Shown in pieces: positions 24,478-34,684 of a DNA stretch of 64,000 nt. This DNA comes from Verrucomicrobiota bacterium (GTDB taxonomy: Bacteria; Verrucomicrobiota; Verrucomicrobiia; Chthoniobacterales; Terrimicrobiaceae): assembly GCA_026398275.1 (NCBI GenBank), contig JAPLTF010000098.1, positions 6,174-70,173 of the forward strand, written 5' to 3'. Position 1 is the first letter of the stretch; each line of letters starts with the position of its first letter. Under the pieces are notes generated by a model. The model worked only from the letters and a program-made list of their open reading frames with translations, did not search any database and was not told the DNA's origin. The position numbers were made by a program, and so were the translations under genes.

Positions 24478-27210
24478 ATGTTGGAGAAGATCATGATAAA
24501 TAAAAAGGGGTTCAGCATCGCGTGTGCTGCCTTTGTTTGTTTTGGGTTGTATACAAAAGCATCAGGGGAAATAAGTTTTGATACTCTTGACAAATACAAC
24601 GTCCGTTGGAATGCGCTCGGAACATCGTCGGCTGATTCGATGCCGCTTGGTAACGGCGACGTGGGGCTGAACGTCTGGACCGAGCAAAACGGCGATCTGG
24701 TCTTTTACATCGGCAAGAACGATGCATGGAGTGATCAAGTCGAAGGAGCGGTGGGACTGATCAAGGTGGGTCGGGTCCGGGTGTCACTCAATCCAAATCC
24801 ATTCGCCGGAGGCCAGGACGTTTCCCAAGAGCTGGTGCTGCGCGACGGTTCGATTGTTCTCCGGGCAAATGACTCCAATAAACCCTCGCAGTTGCGGATC
24901 TGGGTCGATGCGAACCGGCCTGTGATCCATGTCGAAGCCGAATGTGCGAAGCCCGTCAAGATGCGGGTGGCCATGGAATCCTGGCGCAAGGTGAAAACGG
25001 ATGCCCTCAATACGGACACGATTCTCAATGACCAGACAAACCGAATCGTCTGGTATTATCGGAACCAGAATCGGGACAATCCACATCTGCTGAATCGCAC
25101 CATCGGCGCGGGCGTGAAGGGGGAGGGCCTTGTTTCTATCGATGCTGAAACACTTGAGTCGCCGCTCCAAACAAAACATCACGTTGCGATTCATACGCTG
25201 ACGTCGCAGCCTCCGACGACCGAGGAATGGCTGGCGCAACTGGATCGGCAAATCGCCACGACACTCTCGGTTCCCATCGACCAGGCATGGCGGGAGCATC
25301 AGAAATGGTGGGAGCAGTTTTGGAACCGGAGCTGGATTTTTGCGACCACGGTTCGATCGGAGAAAGAGCCAAACATCAGCGGCATCATTCCCTCAAACAA
25401 ATTAAACTTCAGAGTTGGGATTGATTCCAGCGGTGGAAATCAATTTGTAGGAAAACTGGGGCGGGCCTCTCTGCTGAAACGAGCCTTAAGCGAAGAGGAA
25501 ATCCGGGTTTTGGCAAGCAACCGGGAGAGTATGGATGCGGAGGATAAAGACATCCTTTATAGTGCGATCCCTGAACTGTATACTGAACTTGCCGACTCTG
25601 CGGAATGGACGGATTTGCCGGAACTGACGGCCGAAATGTGGGTCAATCCAACCTTTGGCTCTGGCGACATGAGGATTCTGGACAAGGTCATACCGGGAGA
25701 TAACAACGGGGTCCTTCTCGATACAAATCCGGAAGACAGCCTGCGACTGATCATCGGTGGCAACCTTTACTCAGCTCCCCATTGTCTGAAATCCGGCCAA
25801 TGGCATCATGTCGCCGTCGTGGTGGATTCAGGAAAGGGCCGAATCGAGTTGTATCTCGACGGGAAGCGGATTGCCGGCAAACCCGGGACCGATGAAGTCG
25901 ACGAAGCTTCTGCCGTAACGGAGGGCTACCTGCTGCAGCGCTTCAAACAGGCCTGTTCCAGCCGCGGTGAATTTCCAATCAAGTTCAACGGTTCGATTTT
26001 TACTGTAGATGGTCCCAATCCATGGGCACCGAAGGGGACAGATCCAAACGACAAGGGAAAGTGGATCACTGCGGATTTCCGTTGCTGGGGCGGCATGTAT
26101 TGGTTCCAGAACACCCGGGCGATGTATTGGCCCATGCTGGCCTCGGGCGATTTCGACTTGATGCTTCCGCTATTCCGTATGTATCGCGCACAGCTTGACG
26201 GGAATCTCAAGCAGGTGCGGGAATTCTACGGGCACGGCGGGGCTTATGTTCGGGAGACAGCCCCCTTCTGGGGTGGCTTGGTGAAAATTACGGCGGAGGA
26301 TCCCGGCGACTATACCCGCCATTACTACACGCCCATTCTCGAGCTGAGCGCCATGATGCTGGACTATTATGCTTACACGCGGGACGAGGAGTTTGCCCGC
26401 CAAACGCTATTGCCCATGGCCGAGGCAGGCGTGACGTTTTATGCGGAGCATTTTCCCCGCGAGCCGAACGGGACTTTGCGCATCGAACCCTCCAATTCCA
26501 TAGAAACCTACTGGAAAGTCCGTGATCCGTTGCCAGACATTGCCGGCCTCACGCATGTGCTGCAGCGGTTGATCGCGTTACCGCCCTCACTGGCAACAGA
26601 GGAACAGCAAAAACGGTGGCAGACGCTGCTGAGCCAACTCCCGGCGGTTCCCATTGGAATCCGGAATGGAGCGAAGCAAATATTACCGTTTTCCGAAGGC
26701 CAGGAATCAAAAGTGTCAAATTCGGAAAATCCTGAGCTCTATGCCATCTATCCGTTTCGGCTCTACGGTATTGGCAAGCCCGAGCTCGAGGTTGGACAGG
26801 CCTCGTTCGCTGCCAGACGGGTAAAATCTTCGGGATGCTGGTCTCAGGATGCCGTTCAGGCCGCACTCTTGGGCGATGTGAAAAGCGCCAGAAAAGATGT
26901 CTTCAAGCATCTCACGAACAAGGATCCCAGGTCGCGGTTTCCGGCTATCTGGGTGGGGGGCTTTGATTACGTTCCGGACGAGGACAACGGTGGCAATGGC
27001 CTAAACGCTCTGCAGCTTATGTTGATGCAATGTGACGGGGACGCGATCCATCTTTTGCCTGCCTGGCCGGATGATTGGAACGCGGACTTCAAGCTGCACG
27101 CTCCCATGCAGACCACGGTCGAGGGGCGGGTGGAAGGCGGAAAGATCGTAGACCTGAAAGTCACGCCGGAGTCTCGGAAAAAAGACGTCAAAATCGGCAG
27201 GCGAAAGTAA
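24478..27210 (+). CDS. secreted DUF5703-type (GH95-like architecture) glycoside-hydrolase-like protein with inserted LamG/concanavalin-like module
   Basis: N-terminus after the signal peptide: YNVRWNALGTSSADSMPLGNGDVGLNVWTEQNGDLVFYIGKNDAWSD (DUF5703_N signature). There is an (alpha/alpha)6-like middle region. The C-terminus LLPAWPDDWNADFKLHAPMQTTVEGRVEGGKIV resembles GH95/GH65-type C-terminal beta-sandwiches. The LamG-like segment lies at about 25378-25890. Confidence 0.75.
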   Translation: MLEKIMINKKGFSIACAAFVCFGLYTKASGEISFDTLDKYNVRWNALGTSSADSMPLGNGDVGLNVWTEQNGDLVFYIGKNDAWSDQVEGAVGLIKVGRVRVSLNPNPFAGGQDVSQELVLRDGSIVLRANDSNKPSQLRIWVDANRPVIHVEAECAKPVKMRVAMESWRKVKTDALNTDTILNDQTNRIVWYYRNQNRDNPHLLNRTIGAGVKGEGLVSIDAETLESPLQTKHHVAIHTLTSQPPTTEEWLAQLDRQIATTLSVPIDQAWREHQKWWEQFWNRSWIFATTVRSEKEPNISGIIPSNKLNFRVGIDSSGGNQFVGKLGRASLLKRALSEEEIRVLASNRESMDAEDKDILYSAIPELYTELADSAEWTDLPELTAEMWVNPTFGSGDMRILDKVIPGDNNGVLLDTNPEDSLRLIIGGNLYSAPHCLKSGQWHHVAVVVDSGKGRIELYLDGKRIAGKPGTDEVDEASAVTEGYLLQRFKQACSSRGEFPIKFNGSIFTVDGPNPWAPKGTDPNDKGKWITADFRCWGGMYWFQNTRAMYWPMLASGDFDLMLPLFRMYRAQLDGNLKQVREFYGHGGAYVRETAPFWGGLVKITAEDPGDYTRHYYTPILELSAMMLDYYAYTRDEEFARQTLLPMAEAGVTFYAEHFPREPNGTLRIEPSNSIETYWKVRDPLPDIAGLTHVLQRLIALPPSLATEEQQKRWQTLLSQLPAVPIGIRNGAKQILPFSEGQESKVSNSENPELYAIYPFRLYGIGKPELEVGQASFAARRVKSSGCWSQDAVQAALLGDVKSARKDVFKHLTNKDPRSRFPAIWVGGFDYVPDEDNGGNGLNALQLMLMQCDGDAIHLLPAWPDDWNADFKLHAPMQTTVEGRVEGGKIVDLKVTPESRKKDVKIGRRK

Positions 27211-27241
27211 AAAATATTGGGATGGCAAAGACAGCTTCATG

Positions 27242-27257
27242 TGATAGTATTAACCAC
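27242..27257 (+). promoter_or_regulatory. extended -10-like element TGATAGTATTAACCAC (second copy)
   Basis: It sits in the 208-bp gap upstream of the GH2 gene at 27419. It matches the element at 19147..19161 at 15 positions with a single-base gap. Confidence 0.35.
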
Positions 27258-27418
27258 ATGGCCCCGTCAGTATCAATAGCTCGCGCCGTTTCCCTTTCGA
27301 CCCTCCTTGAGCTCTGGGGTGGGGGAGCTGGAGAAATCTCCTTTGACCATCTCAGCCTGTATCAGAGAAAGCCAGAATCCACGGGAACTCCAACCGTTCC
27401 CGCCCAGCCCGCGAAAAA

Positions 27419-30400
27419 GTGATTGTGAAATCCACGGCACTCCTGCTCCTTCAACTTTTGGTTTTCGCCGTTCTTTGCCAGGCCATGCCGCTCGACAAGC
27501 TCAGTGGGGTGGAGGACGCGGATGTTTCGCTCGATGGCACATGGCACTTCGAGATCCCCGCGCCGGAAGGCTTCTGGAACGAGCTGACGGAGCCGAAGGG
27601 CTGGAAGACCATGCCGGTGCCGGGGGATGTTTTCCGCGAGGGCCATCCGATCAAGGAGGACGAGCCGATGGCCTACAAGCGCAAGGTCTCCATCCCGGCG
27701 GATTTCGCGGGTCAAAAAATCCGCCTCCGCTTCGAGGGCGCACATGAGTTCACGCGCGTTTGGGTGAATGGAAAATTCATCACTGAGCACCAAGGCGGTT
27801 GGACGCCCTGGGATTGCGACATCACCCCGGTGGTGACGCCCGGGCAGGACGCCTGGATCGCGGTGGAAATCACCGATCTTAAAAAAGAAATTGCCTTCAA
27901 CGGAAAACGCCTCCGCGTGATCGGCGGCTTGGTGCGAAGCGTCTGGTTACAGGCGCGACCGAAGGCGTTATTCGAATTCCCGATCGTTTCGTCGCCGTTC
28001 TCCGAAGACCGCAAAACCGCTGCCCTCACCGTCACGGGACAGGTGGAAACGCCTGACCCACAGGCGACCGCTTCGTTCCGGCTGTTCGATCCGGAAGGCA
28101 AGGAAGTTCCGCTCGCCATGCCCGCTTGCAAGCTCGACCAGCCGCAGGTCACTTGGAAGGCGGAGGTCGCCTCCCCGCAAACCTGGGATGCCGAGCACCC
28201 GCGCTTGTATCGCCTGGAGGTCACGAGCAAGGCGCCGGGACAGGCCACGGCGGTTTATTCAAGGCGCATCGGTTTTCGCGACATCCGCTTCGATGGCCAA
28301 AAGAACCTGCTCATCAATGGCAAGGTGGTGAAACTCCGCGGTGCCAACCGCCACATCGTCAACCCGCTCAAGGGCATCGTCCCCGATGCTGCGGTGGACG
28401 CCCTTGATGTGGAACGTTTCAAGGAGGCGAATATGAACTTCGTCCGCACCTCGCACTACCCGCCGGGCACCGGATTCGTCGATGGATGCGACGAGCAAGG
28501 CCTCTATGTGACCCTCGAGTCGGCGGTGCTGGATTGCGGGAAAGCCAACAGGCCCTCGGTCGGCATGAACGACGATCCGCAATTCGAGCCCCTCTTTGTC
28601 AATCAACAGCGGGAGGTGCTTCTCAACTACGGCAGCCACCCTTCCATCATTCTCTGGTCGATCTGCAACGAGAGCGTCTTCGGCCGCAACTTCACGGCCG
28701 CCGCCGATGTCGCCCGCACGCTCGATGCCTCGCGCCCGATCACCGCAAGCTACCAGGTCAAAGACGACCCGGATCACAAAAGCTACGATGTGAAAAGCTG
28801 GCACTACCCGGGCTGGGACCAGAATTATGAGATGAAAGGAATGCCCGTCATCTACGACGAGTGGATGCATGTGCTCGGGCATTCCGCCGAAATGTGGTTC
28901 CATGACCCGAACGCGCGCGATTACTGGGGACGTAGTCTGGACAAGGCGTGGACCGCGCTCTTCTCCTCGAACGGAAGCGTCGGCGCCGCGATCTGGCAAT
29001 ATGCCGATGACATGACAATCTGCCCCGACCCCACCGCCCAATCCTCGAGCGGAGCGGTGCGCCGCTTCGTAAAAAACCAGGCGAAACTCCCCGTTTCTGA
29101 AAAGCTTCCCAACATTTATGGCACCGCCCGCTGGGGCATCGTCGACGAATGGCGCCGTCCGAAACCCGAATTCTGGAATGTGAAAAAAGCCTACAGCCCG
29201 GTCCGTTTGATGAAAACGCAAGTGCCGGAGTTCGAGCCCGGCAAGCCGATTTCCTTGACGGTCCAAAACCGCTTCGACCACACCTCGCTCGACCAAGTCA
29301 CGCTCCGCGTCAGCTACAATGGCAAGACGCGGGAAATACCGTGCCCGCCGATCGCGCCCCACCAGCAGGGCGCCATTGAACTTCCCGCCGCGGATTGGAA
29401 AGCCGGCACGGAAATCGCCGTATCATTCCTGGACCGCTCGAAGAAACTCATCGACGACGAACGCATCACGCTCGGCATCCCCGCAAAACCCGAAGCCCCC
29501 GCGCTTGCCGGAGTGCCGCAAGTGGTCGAAGCCGATGGCCGGATCACCATTCAGGGCACGGAATTTGGCATCGTGATCGACCGCGCCACCGGCCTCATCC
29601 AGTGCATCCAGCATGGCACGGCGAACGTTCCCCTCACCGGTCCGGTTCCGCACATTTTCAAGCTCGAGGAATTCCAAGAAAACGGCATCAACCCGGACAT
29701 CGGCCAGGTGCCCTCGATTATCGGCAAAACCACCACCTACGACAGTCCCTTGCTCGGAGCCTGGAAATTGAAAGACCTCCGCATCGAGAAAAAAGCCAGC
29801 GCCATCGGGGTCTATGTCACCGGGCAGTTCGACTCGTTCGATGTCGATTACATCTACACCATCGCCGCCAACGGCCGCTTGGACATCGACTATCAATTCA
29901 AAAACCTCCCGCCGCTCGATACGACGGGCAAAATCCCGAATTCCGGCGAGCCGTTGAATCTCGAGGTCGGCATCAAATTCCAGACCGGCGACCAGTTCGA
30001 CCGCCTCCACTGGGACAAAAAAACCTACTGGTCCTCGTATCCGGAAGGCCACCTTGGCAGCGGCAAGGGCAGCATCGAGCTTTTCAGCACCAACAAGCCG
30101 GTCTGGGCACAAAAGCCCACGCAACCCTGGAGCAAGGATGTTTGGGATTTTTACCTGATGGGCTGGCCGGCGCCCGAGGGCAAACTCCTCACCTACGAAG
30201 CCAGCGCCGCCAAGCAGGCCATCCGCACCTACACATTGGACGACAAAGAGGCGAAGCTCGCCCTCACCATCCACGGCGACGGCAAAGCCACCACCGCCCG
30301 CTACGGCCAGTTCACGGACAATAACTATTACCTCTACCTGCTCGACACCCTCGACTACCACCTCCGCTGGGGTAACTACTCCGCCAAAAACCGCCCCGCG

Positions 30401-30454
30401 CCCGGGCATCAAGGCGTCGCGAGGTTCTCACTCGCAAATTTGGACCAAAAGTGA
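27419..30454 (+). CDS. secreted GH2 beta-galactosidase (LacZ-like, with C-terminal small-chain/domain 5)
   Basis: GTG start followed by signal peptide IVKSTALLLLQLLVFAVLCQA. GH2 motifs: IGFRDIRFDGQKNLLINGKVVKLRGANRH; NFVRTSHYPP; acid/base WSICNES; nucleophile region VIYDEWMHV. The length of 1011 aa is typical of LacZ-type enzymes. Confidence 0.9.
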   Translation: MIVKSTALLLLQLLVFAVLCQAMPLDKLSGVEDADVSLDGTWHFEIPAPEGFWNELTEPKGWKTMPVPGDVFREGHPIKEDEPMAYKRKVSIPADFAGQKIRLRFEGAHEFTRVWVNGKFITEHQGGWTPWDCDITPVVTPGQDAWIAVEITDLKKEIAFNGKRLRVIGGLVRSVWLQARPKALFEFPIVSSPFSEDRKTAALTVTGQVETPDPQATASFRLFDPEGKEVPLAMPACKLDQPQVTWKAEVASPQTWDAEHPRLYRLEVTSKAPGQATAVYSRRIGFRDIRFDGQKNLLINGKVVKLRGANRHIVNPLKGIVPDAAVDALDVERFKEANMNFVRTSHYPPGTGFVDGCDEQGLYVTLESAVLDCGKANRPSVGMNDDPQFEPLFVNQQREVLLNYGSHPSIILWSICNESVFGRNFTAAADVARTLDASRPITASYQVKDDPDHKSYDVKSWHYPGWDQNYEMKGMPVIYDEWMHVLGHSAEMWFHDPNARDYWGRSLDKAWTALFSSNGSVGAAIWQYADDMTICPDPTAQSSSGAVRRFVKNQAKLPVSEKLPNIYGTARWGIVDEWRRPKPEFWNVKKAYSPVRLMKTQVPEFEPGKPISLTVQNRFDHTSLDQVTLRVSYNGKTREIPCPPIAPHQQGAIELPAADWKAGTEIAVSFLDRSKKLIDDERITLGIPAKPEAPALAGVPQVVEADGRITIQGTEFGIVIDRATGLIQCIQHGTANVPLTGPVPHIFKLEEFQENGINPDIGQVPSIIGKTTTYDSPLLGAWKLKDLRIEKKASAIGVYVTGQFDSFDVDYIYTIAANGRLDIDYQFKNLPPLDTTGKIPNSGEPLNLEVGIKFQTGDQFDRLHWDKKTYWSSYPEGHLGSGKGSIELFSTNKPVWAQKPTQPWSKDVWDFYLMGWPAPEGKLLTYEASAAKQAIRTYTLDDKEAKLALTIHGDGKATTARYGQFTDNNYYLYLLDTLDYHLRWGNYSAKNRPAPGHQGVARFSLANLDQK

Positions 30455-30502
30455 AACCCGCCCTCGCATGAGCTCCTCCTTCCTTATGAAAGCAACCCAC
30501 CT

Positions 30503-32785
30503 ATGAAAAACAAAACGACGATCAATCTATTTCGAAACCATGCATTCACCTGCGCCGCGCTGGGAGTATGCGCCATGCAGCAAGCTGGAGCGGAATATCA
30601 TGTTTCCGTGTCGGGCAATGACGCGAATGCCGGTTCCGTTGCCAGCCCTTTCAAGACGATCTCCAAGGCGGCCGATCTGGCTCAACCCGGGGAAGTCATC
30701 ACCGTTCATGAGGGAGTTTATCGCGAGCGGATCAACCCTCCCCGCGGCGGAACCTCCGATGAAAAGCGGATTGTTTACCAGGCAGCTCCCGGTGAGCAGG
30801 TGGTCATCAAGGGATCCGAACGGATCACCGACTGGAAACAGGTGGATGAAACCACTTGGACTGTCACCCTGCCGAACAGCTTTTTCGGCGGTTACAATCC
30901 GTATGGCGACCTTGTTCGTGGCGATTGGTATGAGGCCAGGCGTCCATATCATACCGGCGCGGTTTACCTCAATGGACACTGGCTCAAAGAGGCTGCGCGG
31001 AAAGACCAGGTCGTCAAAGCTGCCTCGGGGGACGCCTCGGGGGATGCCCGACCCGAGCTGATGAATCTCAAGCAGTTGGCCGGGGGCGGGAAAAACAGCG
31101 AAACCTTGCCTGCATCCAAGTATCAAACCGCCAGTGAAAAGATTCCTTCGATGGATCTGCCGGATGGTCAGAACTGCGTGGGCAGGGTGAAGGATGGTGT
31201 GGCGCTCACCTATGATATCGATTTCGGCGAGGAGGCAAGAAACATGACGCTTTTTGCCGCGTCGCCGATTGAAGGAGGTCTCGTCGAGATTCGGAAAGAC
31301 AACGCGGACGGCGAACTGCTGGGCACCTTCGATGTTTATTTTACCGCCGGGTGGACCAGCTTCCAGCCGTTTCAAGCCAACCTGAGCCTTCCCTTGAGTG
31401 GAAAACAGACCATCGCGCTGGTCTTCAAGGAGCGGCCGGCTCCCGCTTGGGTCGATGCAAACGAGGCAAAGTGGTTTGCCGAAGTCGGTGCCGAAACCAC
31501 CACCATCTGGGCACAATTCAAGGACGTGGATCCGAACAAGGAACTGGTTGAAATCAACGTCCGCCAAAGCGTGTTCTATCCGGGAAATCCCGGCATGAAC
31601 TACCTCACGGTGCGCGGGTTCACGCTGGAGCAGGCAGCCACGCCCTGGGCACCACCCACGGCGGAACAAATCGGCCTCCTCGGAACCCATTGGTCGAAAG
31701 GCTGGTTGATCGAGAACAACACGGTCCGCTACTCCACCTGCGCCGGAGTGACGCTCGGCAAGGGGCGCGACTCGTATGATAGCAAAGGAGATTACCACTC
31801 CACCATTCGCGTCTCCACCGAAAACGGTTGGAACCGGGAAACAGTCGGAAGCCATGTGGTAAGGAATAATCACATCCACGACTGCGGCCAGGCCGGCATC
31901 TGTGGCAGTCTCGGATGCTCGTTTTCCACGATCGTCGGCAACGAGATCCATGACATCAAAAAACATCATGAATACTTCGGTTGCGAAGCTGCCGGGATCA
32001 AGCTGCACGGTTTTGTCGATGGCCTCATCAAGGACAACCACATCTACCGCTGTGAGCACTGGGGCGGCCTCTGGCTCGACTGGATGGCGCAGGGCGTGCG
32101 CGTCACCGGAAACTTGATGCACGACAACAGCCAGGACATGATGTTTGAGGTGAATCACGGGCCATTCCTCGTCGATCACAACCTGCTGCTCTCCCGCACG
32201 GGTGTCACCAAGGTCAGCAGCAGCGGGGCTTATGCCCACAACCTCTGGTTCGGCAACATCCAGTTGTGGCCGACGGAGCAACGGCAGACGCCGTTTATGG
32301 AATCGCACAGCACGGAGATCGTGAATGCGGAGGCGCTAATCAACCAAAGTGACGACCGCTACTACAACAATATCTTCGTGGGTGCCAAGGGAACCTCCGC
32401 CCTGGACGAACACGGCTTCTCGCTCACTGGCACCGGCAATGTGTTTCTTGCCGGAGCCGTTCCTTCCAAGCATGAGCAGAACGCGGTTGCGGCGAAGGAG
32501 TTTGATCCGCAAATCGAACTGACAAAAGAGCCGGACGGTTGGTGGCTGAAGATGAAGGTCGATCCGGCATGGGATTCGGTCCGGCGGAATCTTGTCACCA
32601 CCGATCTCCTCGGGGTGGCCGCCGTCACAGGAGCACCCTATGAACAGGGGGATGGCAAACCCTACCTGCTGGATACCGACTATTTCGGAAACAAATGGCC
32701 GGAAAACCATCCTTCTCCAGGGGTGATTCCTTTGACCGGAGTAGAGGAGATCAGGGTCAAGGTTTGGCCTAAGAGTAAAGAGTGA
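30503..32785 (+). CDS. secreted right-handed parallel beta-helix protein with inserted CBM6/35-like module
   Basis: Signal peptide, then YHVSVSGNDANAGSVASPFKTISKAADLAQPGEVITVHEGVYRE (beta-helix N-cap). Repeated NNxIHD/GxxxxGN turns occur (VVRNNHIHDCGQAGI, IVGNEIHDI, IKDNHIYRC, VTGNLMHDN). The insert GRVKDGVALTYDIDFGEEARNMTLFAASPIEGGLVEIRKDNADGELLGTFDV resembles a CBM6-type sandwich. Confidence 0.8.
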   Translation: MKNKTTINLFRNHAFTCAALGVCAMQQAGAEYHVSVSGNDANAGSVASPFKTISKAADLAQPGEVITVHEGVYRERINPPRGGTSDEKRIVYQAAPGEQVVIKGSERITDWKQVDETTWTVTLPNSFFGGYNPYGDLVRGDWYEARRPYHTGAVYLNGHWLKEAARKDQVVKAASGDASGDARPELMNLKQLAGGGKNSETLPASKYQTASEKIPSMDLPDGQNCVGRVKDGVALTYDIDFGEEARNMTLFAASPIEGGLVEIRKDNADGELLGTFDVYFTAGWTSFQPFQANLSLPLSGKQTIALVFKERPAPAWVDANEAKWFAEVGAETTTIWAQFKDVDPNKELVEINVRQSVFYPGNPGMNYLTVRGFTLEQAATPWAPPTAEQIGLLGTHWSKGWLIENNTVRYSTCAGVTLGKGRDSYDSKGDYHSTIRVSTENGWNRETVGSHVVRNNHIHDCGQAGICGSLGCSFSTIVGNEIHDIKKHHEYFGCEAAGIKLHGFVDGLIKDNHIYRCEHWGGLWLDWMAQGVRVTGNLMHDNSQDMMFEVNHGPFLVDHNLLLSRTGVTKVSSSGAYAHNLWFGNIQLWPTEQRQTPFMESHSTEIVNAEALINQSDDRYYNNIFVGAKGTSALDEHGFSLTGTGNVFLAGAVPSKHEQNAVAAKEFDPQIELTKEPDGWWLKMKVDPAWDSVRRNLVTTDLLGVAAVTGAPYEQGDGKPYLLDTDYFGNKWPENHPSPGVIPLTGVEEIRVKVWPKSKE

Positions 32786-32810
32786 AGCACATAAAATAGA
32801 AAACAAAGAC

Positions 32811-34661
32811 ATGCCGAAAGAAGATCTCCAAGCGAAAATGGAGGATTTGTGGGGCAAGGAAATCCAGAAGCGCGACTCGATGGCAGATGCGATCCGCGAA
32901 TGGCAGGACGACGGCTTCGGGATTTTTATGCACTTTTCCCCAAGCACCGCGTTTCAGGGCCGCTACAAGGGCAAGGAATCTGAGAAGGATCTCTGGGCCG
33001 AATGGATGATGGCCCGTGCGGAGATTCCGGTGCCGGAATACGAGCAGCAGCTGCGATCATGGAATCCGGACCGGTTCGACGCCGGAAAATGGGCGGATGT
33101 GGTCGCTGCTTCGGGTTGCCGGTATTTTGTTTTCACTGCCAAGCATCATGACGGTCTCGCCATGTTCAAAAGCGAAGTGAATGGATATAACATCATCGAG
33201 CATACGGCTTTCAAAAAGGGTGATATGTTCGCTCTGCTGACGGAAGAAGTTCGCAAACGCGGCATCAAACCCGGCTTCTATTATTCCCATCATCTGGACT
33301 GGCATGAACCGGGTGGCGCGGGCGGACCGCAAAACAAGACACTTGATGAATACATGGAGGTTTTGGCGCTGCCTCATCTTGAAGAGCTGACGACAAAGTA
33401 TGGCAAACAGCATGTTGCCTGGTTTGACTGCGGACGGCCTGAGGCGCTCGCAAGAAAATGTGAAGCCGTTGTCCACAGAAACCAGCCGAATATCATGGTG
33501 TGCTCCCGGGTGGGCGGTGGACTCGGTGACTTTACCAGCGAAGGGGACTGCCAGGTGCCTCCCATCCGTGTTGATGGACCATGGGAAACCTGCATGACAT
33601 TGACCCAGCACTGGGCCTGGTTCCCGCTGGACCGCGATCATAAACCTGCCGGCGAAGTGATCCGGATGCTCGCCGCCATCCGTTCACGGGGCGGAAACCT
33701 TCTGCTCAATATTGGTCCCGATGTCCGGGGAGAGATCCCTTTGCGGGATCAAACCATCCTCAGGCAGGTGGGAGACTGGCTTAAACGCAACGGTGAATCG
33801 ATATTCGGGGTCCAGGCGACGCCATACGGGGATCTTCCCTGGGGAGTCTGCACTTATCGGGCAGGAACTTTGTATCTGCATGTTTTTAAGCTCCCTTCAT
33901 TGGACACCCTCTTCCTGCCGGGATTGAAATCAACCGCGAAAAGAGCGTGTTTCCTGGCGGATGACAGGAAGCAGACGCTGGATTTCCTGGCAGTACCCGG
34001 CGGAGTGGAAATTGATTTGACGAGCATTGTTGACTTTGCGGAATTCGCAGATGAGGACGACACGGTACTCATGGTCGAATTCGATGGCGAATTGATTGTC
34101 GATCCCCGTCCGGTCCTGGATCATGATCTTGATAACCGCTTCATTCCGGCCCTGGCTGCAGAAAAGAACGGTGTTGATCTGCGGAGTTTTCGGCGTCCGT
34201 ATTTCATCGACCACGGCACCAACGCGTATTGTCCGCATGAGGATTATGCGCATGGATTCAAAAAAGCCGGCGCGGGTCTTGGATGGCAGTTTTCGAATAG
34301 GGATGAGAACTCCTTCTTTGTGAATGTGGAATACGCAAACCTGACAGGGAGACCGGTCAAGGTGAAGTTGTCCGTCGGCGGACACGAACTGAGAGCAGAA
34401 CTGCCTGTCACTGTTCTCAACGAGAGGGATTGGCGCTGGTTCCGGACTGACATCATCGGGCAGGTAAAAGTCTCGGCAGACAATGACCAGAGCATGAGCT
34501 TTGAAGTGACCGAACCCATGAGTGAAGACAGGATGCCATCCTATCTGGCAGACGGCAAACCGGGCACGGAGCATGATGGATTTATGATCAAATCGATCAC
34601 TCTTAAATCGTTGGCTCCTCTCCCGTATCCGTTGAACGGAGAGCTGGCCCGGCAAAACTGA
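32811..34661 (+). CDS. alpha-L-fucosidase, GH29, no signal peptide (predicted cytoplasmic)
   Basis: GH29 motifs: FGIFMHFSPST, RYFVFTAKHHDGLAMFKSEVNGYNI, GFYYSHHLDWHEP, HVAWFDCG. The N-terminus MPKEDLQAKMEDLWGKE is hydrophilic. Confidence 0.9.
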   Translation: MPKEDLQAKMEDLWGKEIQKRDSMADAIREWQDDGFGIFMHFSPSTAFQGRYKGKESEKDLWAEWMMARAEIPVPEYEQQLRSWNPDRFDAGKWADVVAASGCRYFVFTAKHHDGLAMFKSEVNGYNIIEHTAFKKGDMFALLTEEVRKRGIKPGFYYSHHLDWHEPGGAGGPQNKTLDEYMEVLALPHLEELTTKYGKQHVAWFDCGRPEALARKCEAVVHRNQPNIMVCSRVGGGLGDFTSEGDCQVPPIRVDGPWETCMTLTQHWAWFPLDRDHKPAGEVIRMLAAIRSRGGNLLLNIGPDVRGEIPLRDQTILRQVGDWLKRNGESIFGVQATPYGDLPWGVCTYRAGTLYLHVFKLPSLDTLFLPGLKSTAKRACFLADDRKQTLDFLAVPGGVEIDLTSIVDFAEFADEDDTVLMVEFDGELIVDPRPVLDHDLDNRFIPALAAEKNGVDLRSFRRPYFIDHGTNAYCPHEDYAHGFKKAGAGLGWQFSNRDENSFFVNVEYANLTGRPVKVKLSVGGHELRAELPVTVLNERDWRWFRTDIIGQVKVSADNDQSMSFEVTEPMSEDRMPSYLADGKPGTEHDGFMIKSITLKSLAPLPYPLNGELARQN

Positions 34662-34684
34662 GCCCGTGAGAGTTTTTTGAACAG

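Noticed and set aside
30527-32308. 593-aa minus-strand ORF, with similar long antisense ORFs at 61525..63285, 45616..47079, 57193..58626, 48943..50223, 11009..12256, 43364..44587, 22781..23926, 28259..29362, 34541..35608, 14980..15951 and 29423..30412
   Set aside because: Each lies entirely antisense to a gene with clear family motifs. Their translations are Arg/Gly/Pro/His-rich and motif-free. Long shadow ORFs on the opposite strand are expected in GC-rich DNA.
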